Below, in pieces: positions 1 to 7,641 of a stretch of 64,000 nucleotides of DNA. Within the stretch, counting starts at the first letter, position 1; each line of letters opens with the position of its first letter. A program made the position numbers and the translations under genes. The notes beneath the pieces are model-generated. The model was given only the letters and a program-made list of their open reading frames with translations. It searched no databases and was not told the DNA's origin. The stretch is from a virus (taxonomy: Duplodnaviria; Caudoviricetes), in the IMG/VR virus record IMGVR_UViG_3300049235_000002, positions 2,934 to 66,933 of that record; one strand, given 5' to 3'.

Positions 1-2
1 GC

Positions 3-626
3 GAAGACGCGTTACTCACCGGACCACTGGAGCCGACGAACGAGTACTACGCTATCGCCAAGATCGCCGGACTAAAGCTATGTCAAGCCTATCGCAAGCA
101 ATACGGCTTTAACGCGATCTCCGCGATGCCTACAAACCTCTATGGTCCAAACGATCACTTTGATTCAGTTGACGCGCATGTGATCCCCTCACTCATATCG
201 AGAATCTATCGGGCTACGCTCAACGAAGAGCCGCATGTGATGCTGTGGGGAACAGGGCGGGCGAAGCGCGAATTCCTGCACGTTGACGATCTGGCTGATG
301 CGTTGATAATGCTGATGGTTGAGTACAATGAAGCGGAACCGATTAATGTTGGCTCAGGGCAGGAAGTAACGATCCGCGATCTGGCCCACATGGTTGCTGA
401 AGTAGTCGGCTATCGTGGGGAGATTTTGTTTGATTCAACCAAGCCCGATGGTCCGCCTCGCAAGCTGGTAGACAGTTCTCGCATTATATCCCTCGGCTGG
501 CGTGCTAAAATCTCGCTCTATGACGGGCTTCGCTCCACCTTCGACTGGTATCGCGCACGAGTGGGAGAGTCTGGATCAAGGCCAAGCGAGTTGCCTGCGA
601 TGCGGAATAAGCAGCACGAATTATGA
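3..626 (+). CDS. fcl: GDP-L-fucose synthase (GDP-4-keto-6-deoxymannose epimerase/reductase), 5'-truncated by the window edge
   Basis: Frame is open from base 3: EDALLTGPLEPTNEYYAIAKIAGLKLCQAYRKQYGFNAISAMPTNLYGPNDHFD...WGTGRAKREFLHVDDLA...DSTKPDGPPRKLVD. These are characteristic Fcl/WcaG motifs, including the SDR YxxxK. Confidence 0.93.
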   Translation, partial: EDALLTGPLEPTNEYYAIAKIAGLKLCQAYRKQYGFNAISAMPTNLYGPNDHFDSVDAHVIPSLISRIYRATLNEEPHVMLWGTGRAKREFLHVDDLADALIMLMVEYNEAEPINVGSGQEVTIRDLAHMVAEVVGYRGEILFDSTKPDGPPRKLVDSSRIISLGWRAKISLYDGLRSTFDWYRARVGESGSRPSELPAMRNKQHEL

Positions 627-1384
627 TAGTGACATTTGCCAGCCTCGGATTAATGGGCCGATTTTGCAACGGCGCCTACCAGGTGGCCGGGACGATTGGC
701 GTAGCACGTCGCAACAATGCGGACTTCGCCTTCCCGTTATGGATCAATCACGACCATCGGGATCGGTTTGGCTCAAGCGAAGGCGTCAACGTCTACCAGC
801 ATTTTGTCAATCCGTTGCCACTTTATTCCGGTCCACCATTACCCGAGCGCTGGGTCGATTGGGGCTATCAAGACGTGGTGTTAACTGAGAGCGTTAGCCT
901 GAAGGGACATTTTCAATCCGAAAAGTACTTCTTGCATGCACTAGACGAAATCCGGTGGTACTTCCGCATGAAAGACGAACCGCCACGAAATGACTACGTT
1001 GCGATTCACTGGCGCGCAGGGGATTACACTGACGGGGATGGATACCACCCCCGGCTGACAATGGACTACTATCGCTCTGCAATGGCTGAGTTTCACGGTG
1101 CTAAGTTTCTTGTGTTCAGTGACGATATTGCCGGAGCGAAGCAGATGTTTGGGCCAAGTGTTGAGTACTCTGAGGGGCGAGACTACTTGGCTGACTTCAA
1201 GCGACTCAAAACCTGCTCATCATTCATCATTGCCAACTCCAGCTATTCCGCAATGGCCGCAGTGTTGAGTGACGCGCCTGATAAGCGAGTGATTGCGCCG
1301 CGGCCGTGGTTCGGGAAAGCGCACACGCGGATTACGGCGGATGATATTTACGGAGACGATTGGAAGGTGATCGATTGGCGGTAA
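623..1384 (+). CDS. GT11-family alpha-1,2-fucosyltransferase-like protein
   Basis: N-terminal GRFCNGAYQ (GT11 GxLGNQMFQ-like), HWRAGDY (GT11 HxRRGDY), FLVFSDD, and IIANSSYS...A motif. Overlaps the fcl stop (ATGA coupling). Confidence 0.85.
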   Translation: MIVTFASLGLMGRFCNGAYQVAGTIGVARRNNADFAFPLWINHDHRDRFGSSEGVNVYQHFVNPLPLYSGPPLPERWVDWGYQDVVLTESVSLKGHFQSEKYFLHALDEIRWYFRMKDEPPRNDYVAIHWRAGDYTDGDGYHPRLTMDYYRSAMAEFHGAKFLVFSDDIAGAKQMFGPSVEYSEGRDYLADFKRLKTCSSFIIANSSYSAMAAVLSDAPDKRVIAPRPWFGKAHTRITADDIYGDDWKVIDWR

Positions 1385-1530
1385 GTTTATTACTTCAGTG
1401 TCCCAGTTGCTGGCAAGATCCGTGGTGCCCTGATTGTATGGGCGTAATTATGCTGGGTATATTCTGGATTTTCGCATTTATCGGATTTGGGGTAATTCTT
1501 TCCAGTGCATTTAAGGAACCAAAGCAATGA
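1375..1530 (+). CDS. 51-aa micro-protein with two CxxC motifs and a C-terminal TM helix
   Basis: Hand translation from TTG: MAVSLLLQCPSCWQDPWCPDCMGVIMLGIFWIFAFIGFGVILSSAFKEPKQ. Stop overlaps the ATG of 1527. An alternative start is ATG 1450. Confidence 0.5.
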   Translation: MAVSLLLQCPSCWQDPWCPDCMGVIMLGIFWIFAFIGFGVILSSAFKEPKQ

Positions 1531-1805
1531 ACGCCCTTGAGCCATTACCAAAGCACGAACATGCCGCGATCCTTGAACTTGTGCGGGCCAATAACCTCTC
1601 TGAGTCGCAACTTGCTTGTCACATGACGTGCCAGACCGATAGCGGACGTGGACGACATCCTGACGACGGACGCGGATTTCTCAGTGGACGAGCATTCAAC
1701 ATCAGCTACAACCTCATGCTCTGCGAGCACTGCGGGAACCTGATGCCGCGAGCGCATTGTCCGGCAAAGATGCGGGAGTTGGCGCGGAAGTGGTTACATG
1801 AATGA
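1527..1805 (+). CDS. Hypothetical protein with Cys/His-rich C-terminus
   Basis: ORF track; CEHC..HC motif; coupled start/stop overlaps on both sides. Confidence 0.55.
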   Translation: MNALEPLPKHEHAAILELVRANNLSESQLACHMTCQTDSGRGRHPDDGRGFLSGRAFNISYNLMLCEHCGNLMPRAHCPAKMRELARKWLHE

Positions 1806-2017
1806 GAGTTGATTGCGTTGATGGTCACGAATACTGGACCGTGGAATCGTTGGACGACCTATGCGGCTGGGAGATTATTACCGCTGAGCCGATCACCGAA
1901 GCAGTCAGTCGCCTTCACTGTTGCCGAGCCGTAGATTCCGCCACCACCGAGTTTCGGATGATATACTGCCGTACCTCAATCCTGCATGAAACCATTGAAG
2001 TTGAGACTGTCCAGTAG
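1802..2017 (+). CDS. Hypothetical protein
   Basis: ORF track; ATGA overlap with the previous gene. Confidence 0.5.
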   Translation: MRVDCVDGHEYWTVESLDDLCGWEIITAEPITEAVSRLHCCRAVDSATTEFRMIYCRTSILHETIEVETVQ

Positions 2018-2065
2018 AATTCTCCTTGCAAATGTTTAACCAAACTGTGCTAAACTCCGCACGGA

Positions 2066-2236
2066 ATGAGCCGAGAGTCCCCTAAACCCGAATCAGCCTT
2101 GCTGAACACGCAGAATGTTCCTGTAGTCAAGCCGGACACGTCTCCGCAGAACACCAAGCAGGAACTACAGAAGATTGAGCGGCAATTGTACAACTTGATA
2201 GATCGGGTCAAGGGACTGAGAGAGAAGACTGCGTAA
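2066..2236 (+). CDS. 56-aa hypothetical protein with C-terminal coiled coil
   Basis: Hand translation MSRESPKPES...QELQKIERQLYNLIDRVKGLREKTA; fills the gap before the late cassette. Confidence 0.45.
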   Translation: MSRESPKPESALLNTQNVPVVKPDTSPQNTKQELQKIERQLYNLIDRVKGLREKTA

Positions 2237-2240
2237 GTTA

Positions 2241-2264
2241 TTGACAATCAACTAGCGAGTTAAG
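2241..2264 (+). promoter_or_regulatory. Putative late-promoter motif, copy 1 (TTGACAATCAACTAGCGAGTTAAG)
   Basis: Matches the motif at 13291-13314 (TTGA.AA..A.CTAGCG...TAAG). Both copies precede the same hairpin and a major structural gene. Confidence 0.55.
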
Positions 2265-2286
2265 CGTCAGCCCGTGATGACGACCT

Positions 2287-2333
2287 GCCCGCCCGTGGTT
2301 CTCGAAAGAGGATCATTGGCGGGCTTTCTGTTT
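2287..2333 (+). terminator. GC-rich hairpin plus T-rich tract upstream of the prohead protease
   Basis: GCCCGCC/GGCGGGC outer stem, GTGGTTCTC-GAAA-GAGGATCAT inner stem, then TTTCTGTTT. Confidence 0.6.
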
Positions 2334-2343
2334 GGGTTCAACC

Positions 2344-3441
2344 ATGCAAATTGAGCGCAAGTTCATCGACCTTAAAGACCTGACAGTCACAGATGAAGGT
2401 CCGGGTCATATCTCCGGCTATCGAGCTGTCTTTAATGAAATTGATGAGGGCGGGGATCTCATCGTTCCCGGTTTTTTCAAAGACTGCATAACCGAATACT
2501 TGGAGGCAGGCTTCACGGCTCACTCACATGATTGGGACTTCGATAAAGCGGTTGGTTATCCAATGGTAGCGAAGGAAGACGATCACGGCTTTTTCGTTGA
2601 TTCTGAGTTCCACTCTACGTCTGATGCGCAGGCAGTTCGTACTAAGGCGGTTGAGCGCAAGAAAGCCGGGAAGCGTGTTGGCTTCTCGTTTGGTTATTCA
2701 GTCTCAGACAAGTCTTACGTCGAGGCCAAGGACTACAAGGAGCAGTTACCTCTTTATATTAAGCCTGAGCGATTGCAAGCCAATCTTCTCAAGGCGCAGA
2801 AGTTCGACCGCATCCGCATCCTAAAAAAGGGTGAAGTGATTGAAGACTCAATCGTCACCGCGCCGATGAATAGGTTAGCAATGGCGACCGCGGTGAAGTC
2901 GAGCAATGGAGAATCCAAAGGTATGCTGGCCGAGGAGATGGCCCAAACGACTCCCTCTATCTGGGAGGTTGAGTCAGCCTTTCATCGCGTAGTCCGCAAG
3001 GTAGCCGAGACCGCCAAAGACTCCAACGTGACTGGAGCAGTGCTCGACTGGCGGGCAAAGATTACGGATTTGGTTGGTGAGTACGGTCCACAGTTACTGC
3101 CGATCGTGATCGGCCAGATTGAAGACTACCTCGACGGTAGTGACAAGGAATTTTACCTCAAAGGTGAATCGGTATCCGGCTCCTTTGAGTCCTTCGATGC
3201 TGTGGTATCCGCAGTTGAGAAGCATACCCACAACATGCAGCGCAACCACGAGAACCGGGTCAAGGAAGGCCGGATTCTCTCAGCTTCTAATCGGGCGAAG
3301 GTGGTAGCCGCAAGAGATGCGTTAGACCAGCTTCTTGCCGCTTCCGAGCCGAAGGAGCCGGTAGAAAAAGAGATCACCGTGGATACGCTAAGGACTCAAT
3401 CGCTACGCATGCAGAGCCTCGCAATCCGAGCGCTGGCGTAG
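2344..3441 (+). CDS. HK97-family prohead protease with long C-terminal extension
   Basis: ISGYRAVFNEIDEGGDLIVPG, HSHDWD..AVG, GFSFGY, EDSIVTAPMN motifs. Lies directly upstream of the capsid gene. ATG 2344 is preferred to TTG 2332. Confidence 0.88.
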   Translation: MQIERKFIDLKDLTVTDEGPGHISGYRAVFNEIDEGGDLIVPGFFKDCITEYLEAGFTAHSHDWDFDKAVGYPMVAKEDDHGFFVDSEFHSTSDAQAVRTKAVERKKAGKRVGFSFGYSVSDKSYVEAKDYKEQLPLYIKPERLQANLLKAQKFDRIRILKKGEVIEDSIVTAPMNRLAMATAVKSSNGESKGMLAEEMAQTTPSIWEVESAFHRVVRKVAETAKDSNVTGAVLDWRAKITDLVGEYGPQLLPIVIGQIEDYLDGSDKEFYLKGESVSGSFESFDAVVSAVEKHTHNMQRNHENRVKEGRILSASNRAKVVAARDALDQLLAASEPKEPVEKEITVDTLRTQSLRMQSLAIRALA

Positions 3442-3462
3442 TTTTCGCTAAAGGAGCAGCAG

Positions 3463-4773
3463 ATGGCCGAAGAGAAAAAGACAGCCGCGCAGCAGCTTAA
3501 AGAGCTAGTCACGGCAGAGAAAGCATTCTGGGAAAAGCAAGGCGACGAGAAGCCTACCGCTGAGCAGCAGACGGAACTCGACACGCGCTGGAAATCAATT
3601 GAAGATCTAAGCGCGCAGGTTGACGAGGAGAACAAATTCGCTGATCGCAAGAAGCGAGTCAAGGCGCTGGAGACCTTCCTTGCGCAGCCAGTGGATCGCC
3701 CTGACTTTGGCAACGGCAATGGCAACGCTGAGCCGGAACTGAAAACAATGGGCGAGTTGATTATCAACGCTCCTGGCTTCAAAGAGTGGCGTGAACAAGT
3801 AGCCCCCGAAGGCAAGGAGATGACTGCTTCTTACCAGTTCGGGCGCTCACCGACGATCTCGCTCAAGGACATTGGGCTAGGCGACATTTCATTCAAAGAC
3901 ACGCTGGTAATGACCGTGCCGGGATCGGCGGGTGGCTCGCTAGTGCGACGCGACTATGGTCCATGGCCGATTGAATTGCCATTGGGTACGCCGTCCATTC
4001 GCGATGTGATCACAATCCTGCAAACAGGCTCAAATCTCATTGAGTACGTGCGCGTCAACTCGCTTACCCGCGCGGCGCGGATCGTTCCCGAGGCGACTTC
4101 ACTGACTGACGATGCCGCCCTCAAGCCAAAAGCGGCCATGTCGCTTGAAGTCGTGCAAACAGGCGTGAAGACTATCGCGGTCATCATGAACGCCACGCGC
4201 ACGATCCTTGCTGACTATCCGCAACTCCAATCGATGATGACGAACTTTATGCGTACGGACATTGACCTGATGTTGGAAGAGGAGATCATTAGTGGTCCGG
4301 GCGGTGCAAATCACTTTGAGGGGCTAGAGAACACGCCAAATCTTACTACGCAGAATTTCGATACCGACATGCTTACGACCGCACGTAAGGCGCGCACTAA
4401 GGCGTCCATTGTGGGACGTGCTCGATCAACAGCGTTCCTGCTCAATTCCTACGACTGGGAGGAGCTGGATCTAACGAAGGACGCTGAGAACCGTTACTAC
4501 TTCGGCGGACCGTTGGCAATGGGCCAGAAGATGCTGTGGGGCTTGCCCGTAATTGAGTCCGAAGTCATCCCGCAAGGCACGGGCTACACAGGCGATCTAA
4601 AGCAGTTAGTAGTCTGGGACAGGCAAGATCCGAGCATCTACATCACCGACTCAAACCGCGATCACTTCGAGCGCAATATTATCGATATCCTGTATGAAGG
4701 CCGATGGGCTTTCGGTGTGTTGCGACCGCCCGCCGTCGTGAAGATTGACTTTCACGCTGGAGCGAATAGTTAG
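3463..4773 (+). CDS. Major capsid protein (HK97 fold) with N-terminal coiled-coil delta domain
   Basis: N-terminal helical scaffold; AARIVPE...KPKA, IAVIMNATRTILADYPQL, LWGLPVIESEVIP..GYTGD, FERN...EGRWAFGVLRPPA. SD AAGGAG. Confidence 0.93.
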   Translation: MAEEKKTAAQQLKELVTAEKAFWEKQGDEKPTAEQQTELDTRWKSIEDLSAQVDEENKFADRKKRVKALETFLAQPVDRPDFGNGNGNAEPELKTMGELIINAPGFKEWREQVAPEGKEMTASYQFGRSPTISLKDIGLGDISFKDTLVMTVPGSAGGSLVRRDYGPWPIELPLGTPSIRDVITILQTGSNLIEYVRVNSLTRAARIVPEATSLTDDAALKPKAAMSLEVVQTGVKTIAVIMNATRTILADYPQLQSMMTNFMRTDIDLMLEEEIISGPGGANHFEGLENTPNLTTQNFDTDMLTTARKARTKASIVGRARSTAFLLNSYDWEELDLTKDAENRYYFGGPLAMGQKMLWGLPVIESEVIPQGTGYTGDLKQLVVWDRQDPSIYITDSNRDHFERNIIDILYEGRWAFGVLRPPAVVKIDFHAGANS

Positions 4774-4858
4774 TACCGTAACGACGCCATAGCCGTTACG
4801 TAAACAGGCAGCTTCTCTTTTCTTCCCTTGAGGGGGAGCCGCCGCTACAATTTTAGAT

Positions 4859-6175
4859 ATGCGCATGCGTATTGTGGGATATTTTCACTTAGCTGTGCCG
4901 GAGCATAATGCTGGGAGCGAAGTTACCGTTCACGCCGCTCTTCGCGCAATGGTGAATCGCGGCCATACGGTCAACGTCATTTGCGATCGCAGCAAGACTG
5001 CGCCTTATGAGATTGACGGTATCAACGTCGTCCGGCCACCGCGTCGAGGCGTGCAATCATGGCTGGAGCATTACGTCAAAGACTCTGATCTTCTTGTCAC
5101 GCATCTTGACCTCACCAGCCAGGCCATGAGCCTTGCAATGGCAACGAAGATTCCCCTTGTCCACTTCGTGCACAACGACGCTCAACTCATGTATTGGCGC
5201 GTTGATGCGCGCGTGCCTTACAAGAACGCGCTGGCGATCTACAACTCACACTGGTTAGCCACGAAGCGCAGTCACTGGGCCGGACAGGAAATACCGGACG
5301 AATGGCTGGCTCCGTCCATTGTCATCCATCCGGTAGTTGAGCCGGAACGTTACCGCTGTGAAACTGGGACAAAGATCACGCTCGTCAACCCGACGCCGAC
5401 TAAAGGTGCAAACACTTTCAAGGCATTGGCGAAGCAGATGCCTGATAGGGAATTTCTCGCAGTCGAAGGCGGCTACGGCGATCAAGTGATCACTGCGCCG
5501 GGAACAGATTCGCGTTATGCAGCATCGGGCAATATCGAATGGATGGCCCATACGCCGGACATTCGCGAAGTGTTTCGCAAAACTAAAGTACTGCTTATGC
5601 CTTCTGATTACGAATCCTATGGTCGTGTCGGCATCGAGGCGGCGTGTGCGGGAATTCCAACGATCGCGCATCCGACTGAGGGATTGAAGGAAGCGTTTGG
5701 TAAGGCGGGGATCTTCATTGACCGCAACGATATAGCCGCATGGTACTTAGAAGTCGATCGCCTGCTCACTGATGAAGCCTACTATCGCGAACGCTCAGAA
5801 GCGGTACTTGCTCTGGCTGCATCTTTAGATCCCGAGGGTGAGTTTGATAGGCTTGAGGCGGCGCTAATCGAGACCGCCGCACGATACAGAAACGGAGTAC
5901 CGGAAGCGATGAAAATGTGGACCTCGGACCGCTGGATCTACAAGATGCAAGATGGCAGTTACCAAGCAGTTGATAATCCGGGACGGATTCCCACCGGCGC
6001 AGCGGTGCAGATCGCCGGGAAAGGTACGCAGATTCCTGAATCAATGGCGCGTGAGCATGGCTGGATTGACGTTGACGCCAAGGCGATCCCTGCTCCGGCT
6101 GAGAACAAGGCGATTGTAGGGCCGGAGGAGAACAAGCAGCGTGCCCGTAAAAAGATTGATGAGGTAGCAGCGTAA
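4859..6175 (+). CDS. GT4 (GT-B) glycosyltransferase fused to a C-terminal capsid-accessory-like domain
   Basis: AGSE..HAALRAMVNRGHTVNV start; LLMPSDYESYGRVGIEAACAGIP (E-x7-E). About 90 extra C-terminal residues: WTSDRWIYK...GKGTQIPESMAREHGW...KAIPAPAENKAIVGPEENK. Confidence 0.88.
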   Translation: MRMRIVGYFHLAVPEHNAGSEVTVHAALRAMVNRGHTVNVICDRSKTAPYEIDGINVVRPPRRGVQSWLEHYVKDSDLLVTHLDLTSQAMSLAMATKIPLVHFVHNDAQLMYWRVDARVPYKNALAIYNSHWLATKRSHWAGQEIPDEWLAPSIVIHPVVEPERYRCETGTKITLVNPTPTKGANTFKALAKQMPDREFLAVEGGYGDQVITAPGTDSRYAASGNIEWMAHTPDIREVFRKTKVLLMPSDYESYGRVGIEAACAGIPTIAHPTEGLKEAFGKAGIFIDRNDIAAWYLEVDRLLTDEAYYRERSEAVLALAASLDPEGEFDRLEAALIETAARYRNGVPEAMKMWTSDRWIYKMQDGSYQAVDNPGRIPTGAAVQIAGKGTQIPESMAREHGWIDVDAKAIPAPAENKAIVGPEENKQRARKKIDEVAA

Positions 6176-6189
6176 AAGGAGTGATCTAA

Positions 6190-6567
6190 ATGGGAACATT
6201 TGCTGATTCTGTGGCTAATTCATTTCTTGACGCTTTTGCTCGCAACGTTTCTTACGCGAATGCGGCTGTGTGGGTGAAGCTCCATCTTGGCGATCCAGGC
6301 TCTGCGGGAACCGCGAATGCGGCGGTAGAAACAACTCGGCAACAGGCGATTTTTGGTTCAGCAGCAGCAAGCCGCGCGATCTCCAACACCGCTGTTATTG
6401 AATGGCTCAACGTAAGCACTACGGAAACCTACACGCATATTAGCTTGTGGACTGCTTCAAGTGCCGGGACGTTTCTTGGGCGAGACGATCTTTCGTCATC
6501 GGCGGCAGTGACGGCAGGCGACACATTTCGGATTCCGATCGGCGATCTCGACCTCACCTTCACATAA
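6190..6567 (+). CDS. Small virion structural protein (head/fibre-associated family)
   Basis: VWVKLHLGDPG...ETTRQQAIF...SNTAVIEW...THISLW...GTFLG..L..S.AVTAGDTFRI pattern, common after capsid genes. Confidence 0.65.
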   Translation: MGTFADSVANSFLDAFARNVSYANAAVWVKLHLGDPGSAGTANAAVETTRQQAIFGSAAASRAISNTAVIEWLNVSTTETYTHISLWTASSAGTFLGRDDLSSSAAVTAGDTFRIPIGDLDLTFT

Positions 6568-6576
6568 GGAGTATTT

Positions 6577-7236
6577 GTGGACGCAATCAAAAACTTTGCC
6601 AAGGCTGTCGTCTCAGACGGGAACTACGACGCATCGGCCACCGAGATCGATGTAATCGCTGGACACGGTGATCGTTTACCAGTTGCTCCCTTCAATGCGG
6701 TTTGGTGGAACGTGACGGATTACCCTGATCCCTCAGACGATCCCGGCGTGGAAATAATCCGCGTCACAGCCAAGTCAACTGATACCCTCACGATTACCCG
6801 TGCACAGGAAGGCACGGCAGCGGAAGATCATAACGTAGCGGGCAAGACCTATAGTTTGATTGCGGGGATGACGGCACGCACAATCACTGAGATGGTAGGC
6901 GACGTATTTGGCAGCGGCATGGCCCTGATTTTCGTTCCCGATGAGAGTCGTTTCAGGCTTCGTTTCTCCTCCGGTAGGTTTCTGCAGCTTGATGACACCA
7001 CTATCGAAGTCCAGAGCACTGATGTCAAACTAGGTGATGTTGAAGGTGAAGATACGGGCACTTTTGCCCGTTTGGATTGTGGCAATAATAATCTAGTGCT
7101 CAACGGACTTAACCTTGCTACTTCCCAGGTTGAGAGCGCGACCGTGACGGTCGGGACGCTCGCTGGAAAGCTCGCTATCCGCGACGTTGGTGGTACGATT
7201 ATCGGATACTTGCCCCTTTACAGCTCGATTACCTGA
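6577..7236 (+). CDS. Virion fibre-like protein
   Basis: GTG start with SD AAGGAG; EIIRVTAKSTDTLTITRAQEGT motif, typical of phage fibre N-termini. Confidence 0.6.
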   Translation: MDAIKNFAKAVVSDGNYDASATEIDVIAGHGDRLPVAPFNAVWWNVTDYPDPSDDPGVEIIRVTAKSTDTLTITRAQEGTAAEDHNVAGKTYSLIAGMTARTITEMVGDVFGSGMALIFVPDESRFRLRFSSGRFLQLDDTTIEVQSTDVKLGDVEGEDTGTFARLDCGNNNLVLNGLNLATSQVESATVTVGTLAGKLAIRDVGGTIIGYLPLYSSIT

Positions 7237-7248
7237 GGGAATCTTGCG

Positions 7249-7635
7249 ATGGCCTACGGGACCTCAACTTATGGCGCGAGTGCTTATGGCGGCAGCGCTA
7301 ACGCTGTTAACGAGCAGGTGATCTACGCGCTTGGGCCAAACTACGCCGCAGACGTGCTTCACGAGCGATCAGTAAATTTCAACGGTCCCGAGGACTTCTA
7401 TGAGATCCTGATTCGCCAAGGATCGGAGAATCCTAGTGGCCCCAATGGAGCGGAGTACAAGATTTACACTTCTGACGGCCCGGGCATAACCCCACAGTTG
7501 CAGACGACCGTAGGCGGCAATGGGCAGTCCGTTATCGGCGCTGCTCCCATCATCGTAGTCACCGCTCTGGTTGATAGTGCTATCTGGGTTTCAGGGCTGA
7601 ACTTCTCGATTGTGGGCCGCCCCTACATCCAGTAA
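7249..7635 (+). CDS. Putative virion structural protein with N-terminal YG repeats
   Basis: MAYGTSTYGASAYGGS; lies within the structural operon. Confidence 0.55.
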   Translation: MAYGTSTYGASAYGGSANAVNEQVIYALGPNYAADVLHERSVNFNGPEDFYEILIRQGSENPSGPNGAEYKIYTSDGPGITPQLQTTVGGNGQSVIGAAPIIVVTALVDSAIWVSGLNFSIVGRPYIQ

Positions 7636-7641
7636 CCGAAT

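Noticed and set aside
2270-2330. TGATGA...GAAA resembling a hammerhead ribozyme core
   Set aside because: The core is GTGATGAC rather than CTGATGAG, stem II cannot form in the right register, and GAAA is better explained as the tetraloop of the hairpin.
4778-4845. Hairpins after the capsid stop as another copy of the late cassette
   Set aside because: Stems exist (GTAACG/CGTTAC and a GC-rich one), but they lack the shared promoter motif, the TTAACC loop and a following U-tract.
1-6175. Glycosyltransferases as a DNA hypermodification system
   Set aside because: No hydroxymethylase, TET/JBP, thymidylate-synthase-like or nucleotide kinase genes, and no phage polymerase; the genes sit with head genes rather than replication genes. 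Not strictly excluded.
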